Shown here: in pieces, positions 52,439 through 61,484 of the stretch
Position numbering within the stretch: the stretch's first letter is position 1
Layout: each line of letters opens with the position of its first letter
NCBI GenBank assembly: GCA_964566225.1
Contig: CAZMHV010000004.1
Location: forward strand, 248 to 64,247
Source: an uncultured Gammaproteobacteria bacterium
GTDB lineage: Bacteria; Patescibacteriota; Patescibacteriia; Magasanikbacterales; UBA922
Length of the DNA: 64,000 nucleotides
Direction of reading: 5' to 3'
Notes under the pieces: model-generated
Databases searched by the model: none
The model's input: the letters and a program-made list of their open reading frames with translations, nothing else
Told to the model about the DNA's origin: nothing
Position numbers and translations under genes: made by a program

Positions 52439-53599
52439 ATGTCACAAAAACAAAATTTTGCAGATCTTTTGAAGGATCATATCATGAAACTTCCAAAGAA
52501 TGGTGAAATCGTAAAAGGAACTGTTATCTCTGTAGATAATGGTGCTGTTCGCCTTGATATTGGCGGTATTATTACTGGTATTATTCGCGGCAAAGAACTC
52601 TTTGCTGAATCTGCTGAATACACCAACATTAAAGTTGGTGATGAAGTAGAAGCCACTGTTCTTGAAGATGAAAACGAACACGGTGAAATGGAACTTTCTT
52701 TCCGCATTGCTGGCAAAGAACGTGTGTGGGACCGCATGGTGAAATACATGAAAGAAGGAATTTCTCTCAAAGCCAAAGTGGTTCAAGCCAACAAAGGTGG
52801 TCTTATGATGGTGGTAGATGCCCTCAATGGTTTTATGCCAGTTTCTCAGCTCTCACCAGATAACTACCCACGTGTTCCAGGTGGCGACAAAAACCGAATT
52901 CTCGAACATTTGCAGCAACTGATTGGCAAGGACATGACCGTAAAAGTGATTGACGTTGACCAAAAAGAAGACAAGCTGATTGTATCTGAAAAAGAAGTAT
53001 GGGAAGACGAACAAAAAGCTGTTCTTGACTCATACAAGATTGGTGACGTAGTAGAAGGTGAAATTTCTGCTCTTACATCATTTGGTGCATTCTTGAAATT
53101 TGGACAAGGCCTTGAAGGACTTATTCACATTTCAGAAATCGTATGGCAACGCATTGATCACCCGAAAGATGTGCTCAAAGTGGGTGACCGTGTGAAAGCA
53201 CAAATTATTGACCTCAACAAATCAAAGATTTACTTGTCTGTAAAAAGACTCGTAGACGATCCATGGAAACATGTGAAAGAAAAATATAAAGTTGGAGAAA
53301 TTGTAGAAGGAACCGTGCACAAAGTAGAACCATTTGGTCTCATGGTAAAACTCGATGACCAAATTCATGGACTTGCGCACATTTCTGAACTTTCTGATGC
53401 TCCAATGGCTGACGTCAAAGACGTTCGCGAGAAATTCCCAATTGGTTCCAAACATCGCTTTGAAGTGATGAACGTAGAACCAGCGGAACACCGCCTTGGT
53501 CTCAAGGTAGAAGGTGTAAAAGGAAAAGTTCGCGCTCCAAAAAAAGCTGAAGAAGCTGCGCCTGCTGAAGCTGCTGCAGAAGAAAAAGCTGCGGAATAA
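52439..53599 (+). CDS. rpsA: 30S ribosomal protein S1 (four S1 domains)
   Basis: NKGGL, GF.P.SQL, FGAF......EGLIHISE, FG..V......GLAHISE. Confidence 0.95.
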   Translation: MSQKQNFADLLKDHIMKLPKNGEIVKGTVISVDNGAVRLDIGGIITGIIRGKELFAESAEYTNIKVGDEVEATVLEDENEHGEMELSFRIAGKERVWDRMVKYMKEGISLKAKVVQANKGGLMMVVDALNGFMPVSQLSPDNYPRVPGGDKNRILEHLQQLIGKDMTVKVIDVDQKEDKLIVSEKEVWEDEQKAVLDSYKIGDVVEGEISALTSFGAFLKFGQGLEGLIHISEIVWQRIDHPKDVLKVGDRVKAQIIDLNKSKIYLSVKRLVDDPWKHVKEKYKVGEIVEGTVHKVEPFGLMVKLDDQIHGLAHISELSDAPMADVKDVREKFPIGSKHRFEVMNVEPAEHRLGLKVEGVKGKVRAPKKAEEAAPAEAAAEEKAAE

Positions 53600-53617
53600 G
53601 ATTTTGAAAATAAAAGA

Positions 53618-53645
53618 AAATCCTCCAGAAATGGGGGATTTTTTT
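53618..53645 (+). terminator. Intrinsic terminator after rpsA
   Basis: AAATCCTCCA-GAAA-TGGGGGATTTTTTT. Confidence 0.8.
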
Positions 53646-53698
53646 GACCAAACCAAGAGAAAGAGGATATAATAAGAAAAACTTTGAACTTACTTTGT

Positions 53699-56353
53699 AT
53701 GCAATCTGCTCGTCGACATGAAATCTTACAAGAGAGGAGTCTTTTTGTTGATGAACCCGAAAATGATAGAAGAGAAAAAGAATGGAATCCAGAAAAAACA
53801 TTTTTGATTCGTCAATTAGTGGGTGTGCTTGATCGGGTTGATGCACAAACTGGACCAGTCGGAAGAAAAATTTTACATAATTTTTCGAGAGGTCAAATTA
53901 CTCTCGAAGAATTACAGACAGAATTAGAACAGGCTCCAGATTTTGGTGATTTTTGTGAGCATGTATATGATTACCTTGAAAGAGAGGGTGTGCTTATGCG
54001 TAAAGGGGAAGATTTCTTGGTAGATATGTATCGACTTACACACAGAAAGTTTGCAGGAATTGATAATAAAAAATATGAAACAAATAGAATTAAGAAGAGT
54101 AGAAAAAATAAATTTAGTGATGAATGGCTAGAACAAAACGCAAATTTGCATCATGGTAGATTGGTAGATTTACTCCAAAATGCCTTTTTACAACAAGAAG
54201 TATATGACCTGGATGCTTATGAAGATTGGGAAAAATCTGGTGCAAATCCACAAAAAAAACCTGAAAAAAAATTTCTTTTTTACAACCCACAATCAACTAC
54301 AGAAGCCTTTGATAGAGAAACGATTCAAGGGGCTCACTTTCATATTTTACCTTCTGAAATTTTTGGCAAAAAAGCAGATCATTATTCAGATAATTTAGCT
54401 GATGCAGCTTTTGATGAAGTCACCCTCGCCTGTCTTATTTTTCATCCAAACTATGGTGATGGCAAAAGGGAATCCGGTGTGCTCTTTGTGCGTGATCATG
54501 AGACAAGAGAGTATAGAAAAATTTCTAGAGATTGGTTTGCCAAATCAGGAATGAAATTTGGAGGAGAGTTAGAAGAAGGTAATATTCGAAAGTTTCTTGC
54601 TTCTCCAAAGTTTTTTTTGGCAGAAGGTGGCTACCCTCATCTCACTGAAAAGAATCTTTTAACCGCAACAGATTTTAAGACCATGGCAGGGAGTGAATAT
54701 GCCGAGAAGTATGGAACAAGTCGGGATATTACTCAGAAAAGGGGTATGGTGATGATTGATAAAGTCCACTATACGCTTGGGGTAGAATTTGCCCCCACTT
54801 CTGAAAAGAAATATCGTCTGTATCAACTGTCAGAAATGGTTGGGGGCATTGTAGAAGTTGATCCTGAAACTGGCGAGGATATTCAAATGACCCATGTCAT
54901 TGATATGGTAGGCAAAGATGATCCTCGTCGAGCTGAAAGAAAGGTCTTGACTGCTCCGCAGACCAGTATACATATTCGAGATTTCAATACTGAAGAATCC
55001 AAAATTCTTTTTGAAAAACATCTCACAGGAGGAGAAGCTTTTGAGTTTGCCACTCTGTTGCAGCTCAAACAAAAATTGGCAAAAAAGGCGAATGTTTCTT
55101 TTGAAAGTCTCTCGCCGGGAGAACAGGCTGGGCTTTTGCTCGTCTATCGTAACTGCACTGAAGAAGAACAAAAGAAAATGGATAGTTTTTTGGAAACAAA
55201 AAAAGAAGCGGGCTTTCCTGTGCTTCTGCTTGGTCAGTATGAAAAAAATTTATTTCCTTTGCTTGAAAAGATTGATCAAAAATATTCAGTGCATGAACAG
55301 GCTGCTATTTTTGAAAAAATTGCTGACGTGATTCGTTCACTTCAAACTGTGGAAGAAAAGGTGAAAGAATTTTTTGTTGAAGAGGGAAAGGAAATAAACA
55401 CCAATGATATTTCGCAAGAAATAATGAAACGGGCGGCCAAGCTTATTGAAAAATTTGCCACTGAACCAAAAGCAACCATAAAAATAAGTGAACTGGTCAT
55501 GCGGCTTAGTAGAATCAAAGAAGACATCATGCTTTTTGCTGTTATGTTTAAAGTCGCTGTTAAAGGAGACAAGCATATTGATGTAAAGGAAGTAAAGGGC
55601 ATGGATTTGCAGCATTTAAATTTTGAAGAACTCACTGACAGCGATAAAGAACAAATGGATGAAATTATTCAAAAAAATTGGAGTGATCGAGATCTGTATG
55701 GAGAAAAGAAAATAAAAGAATTTCATGAACTCATGAAAACAGACAAAAATTCACGATACTATGTTATGCGAAAAGATGGAAAGATTACTTCGTTTATTCG
55801 TTTTAAAGATAAAGAAAAAGTGTTTGGGGAACCCATACGCAAAGAGGGTGGATACTTTAATGTCGATCCAGACTTTCGTGGTTCGGGATTTGGTGAAGCT
55901 ATGATGCTCGCTTCTATTATTAAAGAAGGTGAAACAGGTATTATTGATGCAGTGGTCCATCCGGATTTTGATATTGGTATTAGGTATGTAGAAGAAACTG
56001 GTTGTGATATTGTTGGGTTTGGACCAGATAAAGTTGGGACCATGCGTTTTATTTTGGAGTGTGACGATCAAAAAAATAAAAAATCTTTTACTCGTAACCA
56101 AACGGAAGAAGAAGTAATGAATTTTATCGTGAATGATTCTGTTGAAAACCAAATACGGCAACAAAAAAAAGTAATTGGTATAAACTTCAACCCAAAATCT
56201 CGTGAAGATGGAGAAAAGATAAAACTTTTGGCAAGAGAGGGTTACCGAGGAACCAGATATTTTAATAATCCGAATGGAAAAGGGAGAATTATTGTTTTTG
56301 AGTTAGACGAACAAAAAAGGATGGATATTATACAATCGAAGATTGCGAGGTAG
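53699..56353 (+). CDS. Large protein with C-terminal GNAT acetyltransferase-like domain
   Basis: FNVDPDFRGSGFGEAM matches the acetyl-CoA binding motif A; N-terminal about 600 aa not recognised. Confidence 0.7.
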   Translation: MQSARRHEILQERSLFVDEPENDRREKEWNPEKTFLIRQLVGVLDRVDAQTGPVGRKILHNFSRGQITLEELQTELEQAPDFGDFCEHVYDYLEREGVLMRKGEDFLVDMYRLTHRKFAGIDNKKYETNRIKKSRKNKFSDEWLEQNANLHHGRLVDLLQNAFLQQEVYDLDAYEDWEKSGANPQKKPEKKFLFYNPQSTTEAFDRETIQGAHFHILPSEIFGKKADHYSDNLADAAFDEVTLACLIFHPNYGDGKRESGVLFVRDHETREYRKISRDWFAKSGMKFGGELEEGNIRKFLASPKFFLAEGGYPHLTEKNLLTATDFKTMAGSEYAEKYGTSRDITQKRGMVMIDKVHYTLGVEFAPTSEKKYRLYQLSEMVGGIVEVDPETGEDIQMTHVIDMVGKDDPRRAERKVLTAPQTSIHIRDFNTEESKILFEKHLTGGEAFEFATLLQLKQKLAKKANVSFESLSPGEQAGLLLVYRNCTEEEQKKMDSFLETKKEAGFPVLLLGQYEKNLFPLLEKIDQKYSVHEQAAIFEKIADVIRSLQTVEEKVKEFFVEEGKEINTNDISQEIMKRAAKLIEKFATEPKATIKISELVMRLSRIKEDIMLFAVMFKVAVKGDKHIDVKEVKGMDLQHLNFEELTDSDKEQMDEIIQKNWSDRDLYGEKKIKEFHELMKTDKNSRYYVMRKDGKITSFIRFKDKEKVFGEPIRKEGGYFNVDPDFRGSGFGEAMMLASIIKEGETGIIDAVVHPDFDIGIRYVEETGCDIVGFGPDKVGTMRFILECDDQKNKKSFTRNQTEEEVMNFIVNDSVENQIRQQKKVIGINFNPKSREDGEKIKLLAREGYRGTRYFNNPNGKGRIIVFELDEQKRMDIIQSKIAR

Positions 56354-57134
56354 AATTTGGTTTTATATTTGAAGGGGCAATACCCGCATTCCAGATAAAT
56401 TCGAAAATATTTTTAAACATGCCAGCAATTTCTGGATTCATGATTTCAAAACCAATCTGTTCTTTTTCAGTGAGAGTAAAGAAAAGGATACTGTTGTCAA
56501 ATATTTGAATATTGGTTTTAAATGGTGAAAAATCTTTGGGCAAGAATTTGACGTCAGTTGATGTAATATCATTTTTAGCATATCGCTCCAATGCTTTTGG
56601 TGTTTCTACCACAAGCATTTTTTTTACAATATTTTTTTCTTTTCGTTTTTTGACATATTCCGTGTTCAAGTCTCCTGCAAATTCCAAAATAGGATCAATA
56701 GTCATAAAAGTATAAATACAGTTTTTGGCTTCGAGTGAGGTAAATAAGGCATCTTTGATACCGTCTAATCCTTCGTAGTATTTGACGCCTGGTTTGTTTA
56801 TACCGAGGTTGTATATCCCAGCCAGTGACTGCACCATATTTTTGAACTCACCCTCGAGAAGCGACACCTCACGTTTTTTTTCTTCCATGAGGGTAAAGAG
56901 CTTAGTTGGGTGATTTGGCTTGTAGTAGGCTACGCGGCCTTCTTTGCGGTATTCCACAAAGCCTTCTGCAAGGAGGGTGGGGAGGGCTTCGTACACTGTG
57001 GCGCGAGAGAGGGGAACCTTTTCAAGGAGCCTCGGCACGGTCATTTCTCCGTTTTCCACCAGGGTGAGGTAAATCTCGGCAGTGGTGGGTTCCATGCCGG
57101 TTTTGAGGAGGGTTTCGTGGAGGGTGGTGTTCAT
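56328..57134 (-). CDS. TrmB-family transcriptional regulator
   Basis: L...G......IY..L...G, SR.TVY..L..L...G.V wHTH; KP.VKYYEG..GI; R....I..K; I.IFDN effector domain. Confidence 0.88.
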   Translation of the reverse strand: MNTTLHETLLKTGMEPTTAEIYLTLVENGEMTVPRLLEKVPLSRATVYEALPTLLAEGFVEYRKEGRVAYYKPNHPTKLFTLMEEKKREVSLLEGEFKNMVQSLAGIYNLGINKPGVKYYEGLDGIKDALFTSLEAKNCIYTFMTIDPILEFAGDLNTEYVKKRKEKNIVKKMLVVETPKALERYAKNDITSTDVKFLPKDFSPFKTNIQIFDNSILFFTLTEKEQIGFEIMNPEIAGMFKNIFEFIWNAGIAPSNIKPNSTSQSSIV

Positions 57135-57253
57135 AGGGGTAGGGGAGACTTCCTTTTGAGGAGGTTTTTTTGTTTTAATTTAGCCAAATTTTGAACTTTG
57201 ACCAATAAAGAGTTTAGCTGCCAAAAACACGTTTTTTCTCTTATTCTAGCATT

Positions 57254-57301
57254 ATTATACCATATCTGCTTTAATCTGTCAAGTATTTACTAGACAGATT
57301 A
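57254..57301 (-). promoter_or_regulatory. Promoter of TrmB-family gene with overlapping palindrome
   Basis: TTGACA (57282-57277)-17-TATAAT (57259-57254); inverted repeat TAATCTGTC-N12-GACAGATTA (57272-57301). Confidence 0.75.
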
Positions 57302-57325
57302 TTTTGACTACTATTTATTATATTT

Positions 57326-57398
57326 TAGCCAAATTTGGTATAACATATAAACCAAAGTCTGGCATAGTATTGACAAATTCGGCAAAACCTGGTATACT
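57326..57398 (+). promoter_or_regulatory. Island promoter with repeated operator-like sites
   Basis: TTGACA (57370-57375)-17-TATACT (57393-57398); variants of CCAAATTTGG at 57329, 57352, 57373 and 57383. Confidence 0.75.
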
Positions 57399-57404
57399 AG
57401 CTTG

Positions 57405-58177
57405 TTACGATGAAAGACCGAGAAGAAGAACGAACCGAGTAACACCTTACAACTGAACCAAAGTAGCCCCAAAGGAAGGAGAGAGCCTACGGGGAGCAAG
57501 CCAAGCAACAGCCTGGTAAGCAACTACTCTATATATAGATATAGAAACCACTCTCTCCACAGGGTGGTTTTTTTCGCAAAGACGAATCCGCCTTGGGCGG
57601 ACATCACTTAGGGCGCTGGAGCTCTTGATCAAAAGTACTCACTTTCAATGCTTGTGTGAGGAAGGATCAAGACCCAAGCGGCCTACATGATTCCCACTGC
57701 TCAAATAATACTTGGTTTGCTCTCTGGAGAGATGAGCGAAGCAGGGTGAGAACAGAGGTTGAGTCCAAAAGCCATTACAATGAAATAATTTCTTTGACCC
57801 ATATGAAAAATAGGAGAGAGAATCCTATCGGTGAAAGAAATTTTCAATTCTGAACCCTCTGTGAGACTGAAACATGTCGTAACAGAGAATTTGCTCGAAG
57901 GTTACACTTTGAGAACCTACGGAGGTCGATAGATGCCCTTGACGAAAGTCGAGCAGCAACTCCCTCGCGGCAGGTCTACTACTCGCCTCAGAACGAGAAG
58001 TAGTACCGAGTGCGTCCCGCCTTCATGGATCTGTCAAAAGATTGATGGAGGCAGGGATACTCTGTATTACAGAGAGATCTTTAGAAAAAAACAAGGCGAT
58101 GAGGAAAGGCATTTTGATTATCACGAGAGTGGTGAGAAGAATGCCTTTCCCCGCGCCTGGCAAGCGTAGTCAACAAA
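57405..58177 (+). ncRNA. Highly structured leader RNA with attenuator terminator at 57545-57574
   Basis: At least ten consecutive stems, e.g. TCTTGATC/GATCAAGA, TACTAC/GTAGTA, GGAAAGGCATT/AATGCCTTTCC; no convincing ORF; family not recognised. Confidence 0.6.
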
Positions 58178-58187
58178 TGGAGATTGT

Positions 58188-58823
58188 GTGGATACCACCA
58201 AGCCGGATTTCGGCACACTCAACACCCTCAGCGCGTTCGACCACAACACCGTCGGCACCAAGGTGACCGACCCCCGCAAGTTCTACAAGTTTCTGACGGT
58301 CGCGGTTGCCACCCACGACACCTCGAAGGACAAGGCGACTGGCCAGCACTTCCTGATCCTGCCGAAGGAAGCCTTCAGCACCGTCACGGCGGGAGTCGGA
58401 CGTCGGAGCAAGGAACCCAGGGACTACGTGCCGCGCCTTCACCGGGACACCGTCGAGCTCTACCTCAAGCGTGATTTCGCGGCCGCCGTGGAGAGTCTGT
58501 CCGTCGTGGTGTACACGCGGCAGGCCTACCTGGCGGATCCGGACATCAATCCGGACAAGGTGGCCGAGCGCTTCCCCGGCAACGAGGAGAAGCTCGCGGA
58601 CGCCATCAAAGAGACGAAGCGGATTGAAGGATCATCCTTCACCCACATCGTCGTCGCCGTTCTGGCATCCGCAGGCCCACGTGCTCCGTTGTCGCCCATT
58701 CGGTTGGTGAACAACCTCGCCGGTGGCAACAACGAGGTCAACGAGTGGAGCAAGGAGGACATCGTCATGAAGGCGCAGCTGACCAAGGCCTACTACGATG
58801 AGTGGTGCACGGTCGCGGACTGA
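58188..58823 (+). CDS. Hypothetical protein, possibly DUF3228-like
   Basis: GTG start with GGAG; strong GC3 bias; VVVYTR.AY..DPD and P.SP.RL..NLAGGN motifs. Confidence 0.8.
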   Translation: MDTTKPDFGTLNTLSAFDHNTVGTKVTDPRKFYKFLTVAVATHDTSKDKATGQHFLILPKEAFSTVTAGVGRRSKEPRDYVPRLHRDTVELYLKRDFAAAVESLSVVVYTRQAYLADPDINPDKVAERFPGNEEKLADAIKETKRIEGSSFTHIVVAVLASAGPRAPLSPIRLVNNLAGGNNEVNEWSKEDIVMKAQLTKAYYDEWCTVAD

Positions 58824-59543
58824 TCTCGGCGACGCGGTGCCAAACAAAGAAACCCGGTAGCATCCCACTCACAGACCGACAAGGTCTGGGACAAGCTACC
58901 ACTCAACGGTTTCACTCAGCACAAAATCCAGTGCTGAAATAAATGTTATGAGTCACCTGCATGTTCCAAAAGAACAAAGTGGTGAGCCAAGAGGAAGCAG
59001 TATCCTCCACGGCGAGAAGCCAAACGCACCGGTCGGCGAGAGAGAAGCACTCACTCGCCAACCCTGCAGAAATTTCAATTCGTTGAAGTTTGTGAAGGGG
59101 AGAAAATAGTAACAACTGAAGTTTTTCTTCAAAAGTGGAGAAAAGAACAGTCGCTACTACAACAAGAAAGTCCAGAATACAAAAGTAACTTTGGTCTCAC
59201 AAGAGCAAAGTGAAAAATTGGATGAAGGATGTTACAGCAGCATAATGCATGTGGTGTAGAGAGTGAAGATCATTACAACTGAATATTGCCAAAGTGAAGA
59301 AGAATGTTATTTTCTTTGGCAAGCGCAGGTTTACCAAAACGTGCGTATTGAAAATTGCTTGTCGCTCTGCTGTCTTTACTCAAGGGCAGTGAATGCGATA
59401 AGCAACTCCGGGAAGATAATGTCTTCGACCCGGAGTCCCGACAATCCTCCTCCTGTGAACCGGCGGCACGAGTGCCAATGGAGCAGGCGTCCAGAGGTGG
59501 ACGAAAAATGGAGGCTCCCCCGAGGGTTCGTGGGGAGAGAAGT
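58824..59543 (+). ncRNA. Hairpin-tiled intergenic RNA
   Basis: About 15 stems, e.g. TCAGCAC/GTGCTGA, TTGCCAAAG/CTTTGGCAA, TTGCTTGTCGC/GCGATAAGCAA, ACTCCGGG/CCCGGAGT, CGTCCA/TGGACG. Confidence 0.6.
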
Positions 59544-59557
59544 GGAGAATTTCGACA

Positions 59558-60400
59558 ATGAAGAACGGGCTCAACCCCCAGCGTGGTTCTTTTTCCTGCC
59601 ACCCCGCCATCAGCGCGACGGTCAACTTCCCCCTCACCCTGAACATGGCCAACGCCTTCGTGCCCCAGGTCACCGAGTTCTTCCAGAACTGCGGGGACCT
59701 GCGCGGCTTCAGCAGCTACGGCCTCCCGGGCCAGGGCGTCGCGGCCATCCTGACCCTCCCGGTGCTGGAGATGGCGTGCGGGTTCCCCGTCACGCCGATC
59801 TACGACATCGGGCAGAAGAAGGTGGTCGGCGGGCTCAACCTGGGCGAGTTCCGTCACAGCGTGGTCCGCCCCCGCCGCGCCGAGCTGACCCGCACCGAGG
59901 CCTACGCCGGATACACCGTCATCGACGGCGCCGGTCGGGGTCTGACCCCGCTCCAGCGCGAGGAGCTCGAGGGCATCCTCAGCTCCACGGACATCCGGGT
60001 CGTCGCCGCACCCACGGGCCAGATGGACTTCGGCGACCCCACGAAGGGGATCGTCGAGACCCTCCTGGCCACGGGGCTGAGCTTCGACGACTGGACCTCC
60101 GGCCGCGTCGTGTACCTGCCCCCGGGAATGGGGCTGGCCGCGGTCGTCCAGGCAACGGCGATCTACGGTCTCTCCGAGGCCTGGCCCCGTACCCTGCGCC
60201 TCAACAAGCGCGAGGCCGATGGCCAGTTCCACCTCGACGAGATCGTCGACCCCCAGGCCCTCCGGCAGTTCGGGGTCAGCCTGGCGGCGGCCTGGCGCGA
60301 CGCGGAGCCGACGGTCACGCTCAGCGGCGCGGTCTCTGAGGACTTCCGCCGGCTCCTCACCGAGCTGGCCGAGGCCCACGGCGTCACGATCCGCGGCTGA
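59558..60400 (+). CDS. Tandem Csx15-like protein (cyclic oligoadenylate binding / ring nuclease-like)
   Basis: Second half LTP.QR.ELE...GLS.DDW....YLPPG...AA......G....P..LRL.....F...EI.D.Q.LR follows the Csx15 pattern; first half (FSCHP..., LPG..VAA, GFP, LNL..FR) looks like a second copy. Confidence 0.65.
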   Translation: MKNGLNPQRGSFSCHPAISATVNFPLTLNMANAFVPQVTEFFQNCGDLRGFSSYGLPGQGVAAILTLPVLEMACGFPVTPIYDIGQKKVVGGLNLGEFRHSVVRPRRAELTRTEAYAGYTVIDGAGRGLTPLQREELEGILSSTDIRVVAAPTGQMDFGDPTKGIVETLLATGLSFDDWTSGRVVYLPPGMGLAAVVQATAIYGLSEAWPRTLRLNKREADGQFHLDEIVDPQALRQFGVSLAAAWRDAEPTVTLSGAVSEDFRRLLTELAEAHGVTIRG

Positions 60401-60648
60401 CGCGACGTTCCGCGTCGCTCTCCTCACGAGTAGCGTGTGAGTGAGAGGTCAACATCCTACCAAACCGCTACATTCTCGCCCAGTTCTGGGCAAATCCAAC
60501 AACAATGCACGAGGTCAGTGGGAAGCAAGCACAACGCTTCCCACCCTCAAATAAGTTCTCCAAACAAGTTTGGATGGAGGGCTTTGAGAGGAAAAGTCGT
60601 TCCGTAAAAACACCGGAACGCCTGGGCGCTCACCCAGTCCCGACAAAC
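60401..60648 (+). ncRNA. Hairpin-tiled intergenic RNA
   Basis: GACGCG/CGCGTC, GCCCAG/CTGGGC, GTGGGAAGC/GCTTCCCAC, CGTTCCG/CGGAACG, CTGGG/CCCAG. Confidence 0.55.
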
Positions 60649-60657
60649 GGAGGAAAT

Positions 60658-61206
60658 GTGAGCAAGCGAATCGGTGATCGGGTTTTTTCCCTTCAGTTCA
60701 TGATCATCTTCGGTATTCTAATCGGAATCCTGTCCGCGTTGTTCGACTGGTGGAGCTGGATCGAGCCCATCACTGGGGTCGCGACCCTCGCCCTCTCCGC
60801 CGCCGCATGGTGGCAGACGAGACGGGCGAAGGAAGCGTACTACCAGGTGTCCGACAACCACGACGGCAACTGGATCGTCGCGCTGGAAGTCGGCCGCCCC
60901 ATCAGCGAGGCGGTCAAGGATCGTTTCGGCAGTCTGGATGTTCTCGTCCGTGTTCAGGATGTGATTGGAACCTCGGTTCTTCTCACGGAAGATCACTACG
61001 AGAAGGTGGCGCGTGCGGTTTACTCCGCGTGTGCTCTCTGCCAGAACAAGCCGATCGACTTGATCGTTTCAGGCCCGAACGGGCTGGTTTTCATCGTTGG
61101 ACAGATGCTGGGCATGGATCGCTTCCGCGTCCAGGTCTGGCAGTACTACAACGGCGAATACCAGCTAATCCCGCGACCGACGCGGGACTGGCTCGAGCAC
61201 CGCTGA
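60658..61206 (+). CDS. 2TM protein with SAVED-like C-terminal domain
   Basis: GTG start with GGAGG; two TM helices; IDLIVSGPNGLVFIVGQ.L....VQVWQY..G.Y resembles the SAVED C-terminal motif. Confidence 0.65.
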   Translation: MSKRIGDRVFSLQFMIIFGILIGILSALFDWWSWIEPITGVATLALSAAAWWQTRRAKEAYYQVSDNHDGNWIVALEVGRPISEAVKDRFGSLDVLVRVQDVIGTSVLLTEDHYEKVARAVYSACALCQNKPIDLIVSGPNGLVFIVGQMLGMDRFRVQVWQYYNGEYQLIPRPTRDWLEHR

Positions 61207-61476
61207 CCCTCTCAAATGTCCCGACTCCACACATGTCGGGAAAGTCCAGAGATCCTTCTTTGGGCGACACTCGGTAGTTCGCGATCAGCACTCACGATCG
61301 CAGCTCCCACGAGATTTTTATTTGTAAAAGTTTCATGGGAGAAAATAAAAACAATGGGTGGCTGGCAGCGCCCAAAATTTTTTTCTTTGTATCTGCCAGA
61401 AATTTTTTGGAAACCATTGCCATAAAGCCCCACGAGCAAATGCTCGACGGAAGTGTGGGGAACAAACGGCAGTGGT
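61207..61476 (+). ncRNA. Hairpin-tiled intergenic RNA
   Basis: TCCCGAC/GTCGGGA, GCGATC/GATCGC, CTCCCA/TGGGAG, ACCATTGCC/GGCAGTGGT enclosing CGAGCA/TGCTCG. Confidence 0.55.
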
Positions 61477-61484
61477 GGAGGAAA

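Noticed and set aside
57405-59543. Group I/II intron, RNase P, tmRNA or tRNA identity for the structured spacers
   Set aside because: No diagnostic core motifs recognised by eye and flanking ORFs are complete; an Rfam scan is needed for a definitive exclusion
59263-60427. Long overlapping ORFs 59263..60339 (+) and 59273..60427 (-)
   Set aside because: Shadow frames of a high-GC3 gene; Arg/Pro/Gly-rich without motifs, whereas 59558..60400 has an SD, GC3 bias and family motifs
60505-60657. N-terminal extensions of island ORFs in the track (also 61335-61484)
   Set aside because: They run through hairpin spacers with different composition; SD-led starts at 60658 and 61485 fit better
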